DNA of 64,000 nucleotides from Planctomycetota bacterium (GTDB lineage Bacteria; Planctomycetota; J058): NCBI GenBank assembly GCA_019636275.1, contig JAHBXY010000034.1, positions 4,002 to 68,001 of the forward strand, read 5' to 3'. Shown piece by piece: positions 56,783 to 64,000 of this stretch (position 1 is its first letter; each line of letters starts with the position of its first letter). The notes under the pieces were generated by a model. It saw only the letters and a program-made list of their open reading frames with translations, ran no database searches and was not told where the DNA came from. The position numbers and the translations under genes were made by a program.

Positions 56783-58549
56783 ATGAACGGACGGACGCTG
56801 ACGACTCTGGTGGCGGCGGCGATGGCGACGGGCCTGGTGGCTGCCGGGTGCAGCACGGGCGGGGGCGGCGGCGGCAAGTCGTCGGTCGGGGTGGGCGTCA
56901 CCCCGGTCCAGAGCGGCTCGCTCGTCGAGGGCCTGCCGGCGCCGCAGATCGACCAGAACGGCTACGAGTACGCCGCGGTGCAGATCAACCAGGTGCCCGG
57001 CGGCACGGTGGGCGCGCTCGCTGCGGCGCCGATCAACACGGCCGTCTTCGCCGGCAACTTCCCCGGCGGCAGCGTCCTGGTGGTCGACGACACGTCGGTG
57101 ACCCTGTCGGGCAGCCTGTTCTACGAGGCCCGCTCGATGGCCGCCGACGGCGCGGCCGTCTTCGCCGCGACCGGCAACCCCCTGCGCGACGGCGCGGGCG
57201 ACCTCTACGCCTACGACGCGACGACGAGCACCTGGTCGATCGCGATCGACACGAACGACGCCGAGATGGTGGTCGGCTCGGGCCTCCTCGGCGTCCACGC
57301 GGCCCACGGCGGCGCGCGGCGCGAGGGCGCCCTCCGCCGGCGGACCGGCGCCCAGTGGTCGTCGATCGCGTCGCTCCAGAGCGCGATCCCCACGGCGATC
57401 GCCGAGTCGGAGGGCCGGCTGTTCGTCGGCGGCTCCGACGCCTTCGGCGGCCACGCCCGCCTGCTGCGCCTCGACCCGGGCGCCACGAGCCTGGTCGACG
57501 TGCAGCTCCCGGGCGTCGGCGGCTTCGGCGTGCGCCAGGAGGTCACCTCCATGGTGTCGATCGCGACCGTGGCCTCCGGCTCGATCACGCCGGTCGTCAG
57601 CGAGGTGCTGATCGTCGCCGTGGCCAACTTCGACGCGACCGGGCAGGGCGTGGCCGGCGCCGTGTTCGCGACCGACGGCCGCCAGCGGGTCGAGGTGATC
57701 GCCTCCTACTCGGGCGACGCCCCGCGGACGGTGCTCTTCCAGGACTCGGCCCTGGTGGTCGTGACGACCAACGGCAAGGTGTTCCACCGCGACGCGCAGG
57801 GCGTCATGGTCGAGGAGACGATCCCGGCCGCCCTCGGCGTGACCCGCCTCGACAGCGCCCTCTCGCGTGACGCGGCCAGCATGGTCATGGGCGGCCGCAC
57901 GGCCTCGGGCGCGGTGCTCGTCCGGCGCGTGGCCCGCGGCGGCGGCTACGTCGCGCCGGTCGGCGACCTCTTCTACCGCCCCGACGTGCGGACGATCCTG
58001 CAGGCCCGCTGCAACGCCTGCCACGTGGCGCCGAACAACCCGGCCGCCGTCGCCGCCCTCGAGATGAACTTCAACGACGACCAGGCGACGTTCAACCGGC
58101 TCCAGACGCGGGTCAACACGGCCAACCCGGCCCAGTCGCTGCTGCTGACGAAGGCGATCGGCACGAGCCACGGCGGCGGCACGGCGATCGCCATGGGGAG
58201 CAGCGAGTACAACACGATGGTCGAGTGGGTGCGCCAGGGCGCCCGCTACGAGACGGCGCCGACGGCCCTGACCTACGTGGCGCAGGTGCGGACGATCCTC
58301 ACCGACTGCGCGTCGTGCCACGTGCCGAACCACAACTCGCAGCTGCGGCTCTCGAACAACCTGTCGCTGAACATGCAGGACTACCAGACCGTGCTGGGCT
58401 TCATCAACACGGCCACCCCCGAGACCTCCCAGCTCCTGCGCAAGGCGACGGCCGCGGTGAACCACGGCGGCGGCGCGCGCTTCCAGGCCGGCAGCCCGTC
58501 CTACAACACCCTGATCCAGTGGATCCAGCAGGGCACCCGGTTCCAGTAA
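56783..58549 (+). CDS. lipoprotein with two C-terminal PSCyt1-type (planctomycete cytochrome c-like, CxxCH) domains
   Basis: Has a lipobox (LVAAGC). Two repeats match the PSCyt1 pattern: ILQARCNACHV...TMVEWVRQGA and ILTDCASCHV...TLIQWIQQGT. Confidence 0.6.
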   Translation: MNGRTLTTLVAAAMATGLVAAGCSTGGGGGGKSSVGVGVTPVQSGSLVEGLPAPQIDQNGYEYAAVQINQVPGGTVGALAAAPINTAVFAGNFPGGSVLVVDDTSVTLSGSLFYEARSMAADGAAVFAATGNPLRDGAGDLYAYDATTSTWSIAIDTNDAEMVVGSGLLGVHAAHGGARREGALRRRTGAQWSSIASLQSAIPTAIAESEGRLFVGGSDAFGGHARLLRLDPGATSLVDVQLPGVGGFGVRQEVTSMVSIATVASGSITPVVSEVLIVAVANFDATGQGVAGAVFATDGRQRVEVIASYSGDAPRTVLFQDSALVVVTTNGKVFHRDAQGVMVEETIPAALGVTRLDSALSRDAASMVMGGRTASGAVLVRRVARGGGYVAPVGDLFYRPDVRTILQARCNACHVAPNNPAAVAALEMNFNDDQATFNRLQTRVNTANPAQSLLLTKAIGTSHGGGTAIAMGSSEYNTMVEWVRQGARYETAPTALTYVAQVRTILTDCASCHVPNHNSQLRLSNNLSLNMQDYQTVLGFINTATPETSQLLRKATAAVNHGGGARFQAGSPSYNTLIQWIQQGTRFQ

Positions 58550-58588
58550 TCCACCCCACCCCCTCCGTTCCCGAGCACCCCGTCGCGC

Positions 58589-58619
58589 GCGCGAGCCCCT
58601 GGCTCGCGCGCGCGGCGTT
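58589..58619. terminator. perfect GC palindrome hairpin (cgcgcgcgagcc-cct-ggctcgcgcgcg) downstream of PSCyt1 gene
   Basis: A 12-bp perfect stem lies about 40 nt after the stop. Confidence 0.4.
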
Positions 58620-59067
58620 TCCGGAGCCGTCGGGTGACGTTCCCCTGTGGCGGGGGACTTCACGTCCTCCCCGGGGCGCAAGTCGCGGCCTGGCAGCACG
58701 GCCCCGGGTTTGATCAGGGCGCGGCCCGCCGGTGCGCGACCGCGCGCGAGCCCGTGCCCGTGACCTCGTCGCGGGTAGGGGCACGCGCACGGCGAGGCAG
58801 GGGCCCGCGCCGAGAATGATGGGTCACAACAGAGGAGCAGAGGGAGCAGAGGGCGTGCTTCGCGCTCCTGCCGCTCACGCCTCCACGCGTTGTCGGGTGG
58901 CCGAGCCCCCTGACCCGCGATGACTTCTTCGCCCGCGGGTGGAGGAGGGACTCTTTCGGCGCCCTCGGGTGAAGCCTGGCTGGCCCCGGTTCGCGACGAC
59001 CGCTCCGACGCCGCTCCGACGAGGACTCTGTTCCCTCTGCTCCTCTGTTGTGCGCAACTCCGTCCGG

Positions 59068-60093
59068 TCACCCGGTCGGGAACGGGTCCTCCGGCCACAC
59101 CGCGACCACGACCTCGGCCTGGCCCGGACGCGCCAGCGCGCGGCCCATGCCGTGGGTGTTGAAGGTCGCCCCGATGCGGCCGAGGCGGTCGACGACGATC
59201 AGGCCGCCCGAGTCGACGCCGAAGCGGCGCTCGAGGTCGTCGACGGCGCGGCGCGCCGCCGCGGCCGCCCCCTCGCGCTGGGCGATGTCGCAGGCGAGCT
59301 TGCAGGTCACGGCGCGGATCATGCGCTCGCCGACGCCGGTGGCCGAGGCGGCGGCGCCGAGGTCGTCGCAGGCGTAGCAGCCCGCCCCCGGGAGCGCCGA
59401 GTCGCCCACCCGCCCGCGCGCCTTCAGCCACAGGCCGCCCGTCGACACGGCGGCCGCCAGGCGCCCCTGTGCGTCGAGGGCCACGGCCCCGACCGTGTCG
59501 CCCTCGGGGTCGCGCCCGGCGACCTGGTCCTCGGCCTGGTCCTCGGCCTGGTCCTCGGCCTGGTCCTCGGCCTGGTCCTCGGCCTGGTCCTCTGCCTGGC
59601 CGGTGGTCGTCAGGTCCTCGGGCCGCGTGATGTGGCGGCCGGAGAGCCGGGCCCAGGCCTCGTAGCGCTCGACCGTAGGCGGCGGCAAGGGCGGCAGCCC
59701 CAGCCGGCGCGCGCGGCGGTCGGCGCCCTCGCCCACGAGCAGCACGTGGCGCCCCTCCTCCATGAGGTCGCGCGCCACGTCGGTGGGGTGCAGCGTCGCC
59801 GCGCACGCGCCGACCGCGCCGGCGGCGCGGTCACGCCCGCGCATGAGCGCCGCGTCGAGCGTGGCGTGCCCCTCCTCGTCGAGGCACGACCCGGCCCCGG
59901 CGTTGAACACGCCGCTGGCCTCCATGCAGCGCACGGCGGCGAGGACCGCCTCGACCGCCCCGGCGCCCTGCTCGAGCGCCGCCCTCCCCGCGCGCGCGCT
60001 CTCGGCCAACCCGTCGCGGTAGGCCTGCAGGCGCGCGCCCTCCAGCGTGCGCATGAGCCCCGCGCCGCCGTGGACGAGGATCACCGCGCTCAC
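59068..60093 (-). CDS. isoaspartyl peptidase / L-asparaginase (Ntn hydrolase) with (QAED)6 linker repeat
   Basis: Has ILVHGGAG, the autoproteolytic-site nucleophile block GDTVGAVALD, and GAGCYA. GTG start. Confidence 0.8.
   Translation of the reverse strand: MSAVILVHGGAGLMRTLEGARLQAYRDGLAESARAGRAALEQGAGAVEAVLAAVRCMEASGVFNAGAGSCLDEEGHATLDAALMRGRDRAAGAVGACAATLHPTDVARDLMEEGRHVLLVGEGADRRARRLGLPPLPPPTVERYEAWARLSGRHITRPEDLTTTGQAEDQAEDQAEDQAEDQAEDQAEDQVAGRDPEGDTVGAVALDAQGRLAAAVSTGGLWLKARGRVGDSALPGAGCYACDDLGAAASATGVGERMIRAVTCKLACDIAQREGAAAAARRAVDDLERRFGVDSGGLIVVDRLGRIGATFNTHGMGRALARPGQAEVVVAVWPEDPFPTG
59524..59595. repeat. perfect 12-nt tandem repeat x6 (ctggtcctcggc; encodes QAEDQAED... on minus strand)
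   Basis: Five identical copies plus one with a single substitution. Located in the linker immediately N-terminal to the Thr nucleophile of the asparaginase. Confidence 0.9.
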
Positions 60094-61167
60094 GCCCGGG
60101 CCTCCACGGCGCGCGCGGGGATCAGCTCGCGCAGGGCCGCCAGGGCCCGCTCGACGTCGCCCTCGTCGACGTCGCGATGCGTGACGAAGCGCACCCCCAG
60201 CTCGCCCAGGGCCACGGCCAGGACGCCCCGCGCTTGCAGCGCCTCGACGAGCGGCCCGTAGCTGGCCGGGCCAGCGACCGTGCGCAGGAAGAGGATGTTC
60301 GTCTCGCAGGCGTCGACGTCGACGAGCGCGCCCGGGACGGCGGCGAGGCCGCGCGCCAGGGCGCGCGCCAACGCGTGGTCACGGGCCAGCCCGGGCGGAC
60401 CTTCGTCGAGCGCGACGAGCCCCGCCGCGGCGAGCACGCCCACCTGGCGCAGGCCGCCGCCGAGCATCTTCCGCGCGCCGCGCGCGCGCGCGATCCACGC
60501 CCGCGGGCCCACGAGCACGCTCCCCACCGGCGCCCCCAGGCCCTTCGACAGGCAGAAGGTCACCGTGTCGGCCGTGGCCCCCCAGTCGGCGGGCGCCACG
60601 CCGGTGGCCGCGCAGGCGTTGAAGATCCGGGCGCCGTCGAGGTGCAGGGCCACGACGACCTCGCGCGTGACCTCGAACAGCGCCCGCGCGGCCTCGAGCG
60701 GCACGACCGCGCCGCCCCAGAAGTTGTGCGTGTTCTCCACCACGAGCAGCGCCGTGCGCGGGTTGTGCAGGTTGCCCGGCCGGCTGGCGCGCCGCACGGC
60801 GTCCGGGTCGAGGCGCCCGCGCGCCGACGGCAGCGTGCGCGTGAGCACGTGCGCGACGGCCGCCGCGCCGCCGGCCTCGTTGTTGTAGGTGTGCGAGCGC
60901 TCCTCGACGAGCACCTCCTCGCCCGGACGCGCGTGGACGAGCAGGGCCACCAGGTTGGCCATGGTCCCGCTGGGCAGGAACAGGCCGGCCTCCTTGCCGA
61001 ACAGCGCCGCTGCGCGCGCCTCGAGCGCCTGGACGGTCGGGTCGTCCTCGAAGACGTCGTCGCCGACCTCGGCCCGGGCCATGGCCTCGCGCATGGCGGG
61101 CGACGGCCGCGTCACGGTGTCGCTGCGGAAGTCGCTGACCACCCGGCCGCCGACGAGATGCCCCACG
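60090..61167 (-). CDS. ltaE: low-specificity L-threonine aldolase
   Basis: FRSDTVTRPSPAMREAM, GTMANL and the PLP-Lys region FCLSKGLGAPVGS. The start is uncertain, with GTG candidates at 61143 and 61167. Confidence 0.75.
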
Positions 61168-61353
61168 CGCGCCTCCGGCCGCCGATGCTCGGGCAGGCGG
61201 CGCGCCGGCGCAAGGCGCCCGCCGGGCGGGCAGGAGTTGCCCGCGGCGGCACCCCCGGGCAGGTCCTGCCCGGCGAGGGCACGAACACGCCCTGGCGCGC
61301 AACGACTTCGGTCGGCCCTCCGTCTGCGACGCGGCGCCGCGGGGAGGAACGCC

Positions 61354-61494
61354 ATGGAGATCACCGCGCTGCTCGAGCTGCTCTGCTACGCCGCCGCCGT
61401 CGAGCGCGACACCGCCGTCGCGCTCGAGAGCGTCCTGTCGGAGGCGGGGCGAGCCCTGCTCGTCGAGATCGAGCTCGTGGCCCCGCTGAACTGA
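61354..61494 (+). CDS. small hypothetical ORF (46 aa)
   Basis: Strong RBS GGGGAGGA is 5 nt upstream of the ATG. There is no other support. Confidence 0.25.
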   Translation: MEITALLELLCYAAAVERDTAVALESVLSEAGRALLVEIELVAPLN

Positions 61495-61498
61495 CGGG

Positions 61499-62455
61499 TC
61501 AGCCCGCCCGCTCCGCGACGCCGCCGACGTCGCCGCGGAGCGGCTCGGCGGCGGCGAGCCGCTGGGGGCCGCCGCCGTCGCCCGTCGCCCGCAGGGCGTG
61601 CTCGGTGAGCGGGCGAAGGAACTCGGTCAGCTCGGCCGGCACGAGGAGCTTCGTCGCGGGGCTGGCGCCCAGCACCTTCAGCGCGTCGAGGTACTGCAGC
61701 GACATGGTCTTGCTGTCGAGGTTGCGCGCCACGGCCAGGATCTTGTCGAGCGCCAGCGCGTAGCCCTCGGCCTTGAGCACCTGCGCCTGCCGCTCGCCCT
61801 CCGCCTTGAGGATCGCGGCGCGCTTGTCGCCCTCGGCCACGCGGATCGTGGCGTCGCGCCGGCCGTCGGCGTCGAGGATCACCGCGCGGCGGTTGCGCTC
61901 GGCGGACATCTGCTTGGCCATGGCCTCCAGGATCTCGCGCGGCGGCGAGATCTCGCGGATCTCGACCGCGGTGACCTTGATGCCCCAGCGGTTCGTGACC
62001 TCGTCCAGCTTGCCGCGCAGCCCCTCGTTGATCTCCTCGCGCTTGGAGAGGACGTCGTCGAGGAGCATGCTGCCGACGATCGCGCGCAGGGTCGTGATCG
62101 CGATCCCGCGCGACGCCCCCTGGTGGTCCTGCACGTTCAGCACGCTGGGCAGGGCGTCCACGATCTTGCTGTAGACCAGCAGGTCGATCGAGACGTAGGC
62201 GTTGTCGGCCGTGATCGTCGTCTGCGGCGGGATGTCGAAGTAGCGCTCGCGCAGGTCCACGCGCACGCCGCGGTCGATGATCGGGATCAGGATCACCAGC
62301 CCCGGCCCGCGCGCGCCGATCACGCGCCCCAGGCGGAACACGACCAGCCGCTGGTACTCCGGCACGATCCGCAGCGCCGAGAGCAGGACGCCGAGGACGA
62401 TGGCCGCGAGGGCCACGAGGATGAGCCAGCCCAGGAGATCGCCTGCGTCCATCAT
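61499..62455 (-). CDS. SPFH/band-7 (stomatin-like) protein
   Basis: N-terminal transmembrane segment, then RIVPEYQRLVVFRLGRV...VDLRERYFDIPPQTTITADNAYVSIDLLVYSKI, which is the canonical SPFH pattern. RBS GGGAG. Confidence 0.85.
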   Translation of the reverse strand: MMDAGDLLGWLILVALAAIVLGVLLSALRIVPEYQRLVVFRLGRVIGARGPGLVILIPIIDRGVRVDLRERYFDIPPQTTITADNAYVSIDLLVYSKIVDALPSVLNVQDHQGASRGIAITTLRAIVGSMLLDDVLSKREEINEGLRGKLDEVTNRWGIKVTAVEIREISPPREILEAMAKQMSAERNRRAVILDADGRRDATIRVAEGDKRAAILKAEGERQAQVLKAEGYALALDKILAVARNLDSKTMSLQYLDALKVLGASPATKLLVPAELTEFLRPLTEHALRATGDGGGPQRLAAAEPLRGDVGGVAERAG

Positions 62456-63867
62456 CGTCCGCTCCCTGCCCCCCCGCCCAGCGCCGCGCGCGCCGGCGCG
62501 CGCTGGACCTTGACCGTGACCCCCTCGACGCCGACGACCACCACGTCCTCGCCGGCGTAGATCGGCTTGCCGGCCGTCGCCTCCGCCTGCCAGGGCTCGA
62601 GGTCCACGCGCACCGTCCCGAGCGGCGCGAGGTCGGTCACGGCGACGCCTCGCCGCCCGATCAGCGCCTCGACCCCGGTGACCACCGGCTCGTGGCGCGA
62701 GCGCAGGGCCGCGCGGACCACGACGAGCGCGAAGGCGCCCGCCCCGCCGAGGCCCAGGCCGACCAGCCAGGGGCTCGGGCGCAGGTCGGGGAGCGCCGGG
62801 GACGCCGGCCCGAGCGGCCGGTAGAGGAGGAGCGCGCCGAGGACGAAGGCGACCCCGCCGCCGACGGCGAGGACGCCCACGCCTGGCGTCAGCGCCTCGC
62901 CCGCGATCAGCAGCAGCCCCAGGGCGAGGAGGAGGAGGCCCGCCCCGCCGACCGGCAGGTTGCCGATGGCCACGAACCCGACCAGGAGGGCGATCGCGCC
63001 GGCGATGCCCGGCACGAGCGCGCCGGGGTTGAACAGCTCGGCGAGGAGGCCGAGGGCGCCGAGCGTGAGCAGCAGGAAGGCCAGGTCGGGGTGGGCGAGC
63101 CGCTGCAGGGCCCGCTCGGGCAGGGGCATGGGCCGCTCGACCACCTCGGCCCGCACGACCTGGATGCGCCGGGTGCCGGCGGCGGTCTCGACGACGCGCC
63201 CGTGGACCGCGTCGAGCAGCTCGTCGAGGTCGGCCGCGACGAGGTCGACCACGCCGCGGGCGGCCGCCTCGCGGGCCGTGAGCGACAGGCTCTCCCTCAC
63301 CGCCTGCTCGGCCCACCCGGCGTCGCGCCCGCGCGCCTCGGCCAGCGCCCGCGCCATGGCCGCCGCGTCGTTGACGACCTTGCTCATGGCCACGTCGTCG
63401 GCGCCGCCGCCCAGCGCGACGGGGTGCGCGGCGCCGATCGCCGTCTCGGGCGCCATCGCGGCCACGTGGGCGGCCAGCGTCACGAACATGCCCGCCGACG
63501 CCGCCCGCGCGCCGGGCGGCGCCACGTGCACCGCCACGGGCGCCGGCGCGCCGAGGATCGCCTGGATCATGTCGCGCATGGCCGTGTCGAGGCCGCCCGG
63601 CGTGTCGAGGCGCACGACCACCAGGGCCGCGTCGCCCGCCGCGCGCAGCTCGCGCTCGAGGTACCGGGCGGTGATCGGGTTGATCACGCCCTCGATGTCG
63701 AGCACCACCACCGCGCCGCGCGGGGCCGGCGGGGCCGCCGCGGTCCGGGCCGGCCGGGCGGCGAGCCCCGCGGCCCCGAGGACGATCAGCGCCAGCGCCA
63801 GCGCGCGGCGAGGACGGGCGAGCGGCGACAAAGGCGCACCTCGCGGCGACCCCCCTCGACGGGTCAT
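62452..63867 (-). CDS. NfeD-family membrane-bound serine protease (partner of SPFH protein)
   Basis: Signal and transmembrane segments. A ClpP-like block (VVVLDIEGVINPITARYLERELRAAG...LDTPGGL) precedes multiple transmembrane segments and a C-terminal OB-fold region. It overlaps the SPFH gene start by 4 nt (ATGA). Confidence 0.75.
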   Translation of the reverse strand: MTRRGGSPRGAPLSPLARPRRALALALIVLGAAGLAARPARTAAAPPAPRGAVVVLDIEGVINPITARYLERELRAAGDAALVVVRLDTPGGLDTAMRDMIQAILGAPAPVAVHVAPPGARAASAGMFVTLAAHVAAMAPETAIGAAHPVALGGGADDVAMSKVVNDAAAMARALAEARGRDAGWAEQAVRESLSLTAREAAARGVVDLVAADLDELLDAVHGRVVETAAGTRRIQVVRAEVVERPMPLPERALQRLAHPDLAFLLLTLGALGLLAELFNPGALVPGIAGAIALLVGFVAIGNLPVGGAGLLLLALGLLLIAGEALTPGVGVLAVGGGVAFVLGALLLYRPLGPASPALPDLRPSPWLVGLGLGGAGAFALVVVRAALRSRHEPVVTGVEALIGRRGVAVTDLAPLGTVRVDLEPWQAEATAGKPIYAGEDVVVVGVEGVTVKVQRAPARAALGGGAGSGR

Positions 63868-64000
63868 CGTACGCGCTCATGGCGCGCCGGGGCCCGTGAG
63901 CGTGAGCTCCTCGGTCGTCACACCCCGCGCCGCGAGCAGCGCCAGGAGCACGCCGCTCGGCCAGAGGTGCAGCAGCACCCGCACCCGCGACGTGCCGAGG

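Noticed and set aside
59524-59595. Possible CRISPR-like array
   Set aside because: It is a 12-nt perfect tandem repeat with no spacers, inside a coding sequence. It is a VNTR, not CRISPR. No CRISPR repeats were found anywhere in the window.
56642-59806. 1054-aa minus-strand ORF
   Set aside because: Gly/Arg/Pro-rich antisense frame across the PSCyt1 lipoprotein gene. The only real minus-strand gene here is the asparaginase (59068-60093).

Overview
This is a 64 kb window from a high-GC (~70%) bacterial chromosome. The gene content and GC level suggest a myxobacterium-like deltaproteobacterium. Most of the window is taken up by a polymorphic-toxin locus. A roughly 4,450-aa secreted RHS/YD-repeat protein with a long Ig-like stalk (10396..23769) ends in a low-GC C-terminal toxin tip that looks like a GNAT acetyltransferase. 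About 15 kb downstream sits a promoter-less 'orphan' RHS C-terminal cassette (38602..41709). It shares 2.17 kb of RHS core sequence with the main gene, but it ends in a different toxin tip that carries a diphtheria-toxin-like ADP-ribosyltransferase motif (YHAT...GFYTTTD). Each toxin tip is followed by a convergently oriented small gene (23750..24397 and 41716..42312, both minus strand). These two genes share a conserved N-terminus and have divergent C-termini. They are the best immunity candidates, but their orientation is atypical. A second direct repeat of 445 bp lies downstream of both cassettes. Between the main gene and the orphan cassette is an apparent integrated mobile element (about 25.3-38.4 kb). 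It encodes an HTH protein with a poly-acidic tail, uncharacterised proteins including a 1067-aa P-loop protein, a serine recombinase, an XRE repressor, a P-loop ATPase, and a pair of tandem tyrosine recombinases that abut the orphan cassette. Downstream of the orphan there is an IS481-family IS, a short RHS relic and a degraded sigma-54 activator gene. Other features outside the toxin locus:
- a full-length major vault protein (MVP) homologue (53637..56408);
- a DabA(DUF2309)/DabB-type inorganic-carbon pump operon with an apparent frameshift in dabA;
- an ACP/fatty-acyl-AMP ligase/dut/methyltransferase operon;
- a neutral-ceramidase-like lipoprotein;
- uppS;
- a phage tail-collar-domain protein upstream of the RHS gene;
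- a patatin-like phospholipase;
- an FbpA-like substrate-binding lipoprotein;
- a lipoprotein with two PSCyt1 (CxxCH) domains;
- an isoaspartyl peptidase carrying a perfect (QAED)6 tandem repeat;
- a threonine aldolase;
- an SPFH-NfeD pair.
Three non-coding features are notable. There is a 209-bp nested perfect-palindrome element (6746..6954). A short sequence of about 55 bp occurs twice, at 7852 and 45172. A GC-rich repeat array lies upstream of the resolvase gene. No rRNA, tRNA or CRISPR was seen. Many long ORFs on the opposite strand or in other frames, with Arg/Ala/Gly/Pro-rich translations, were treated as GC-driven artefacts.
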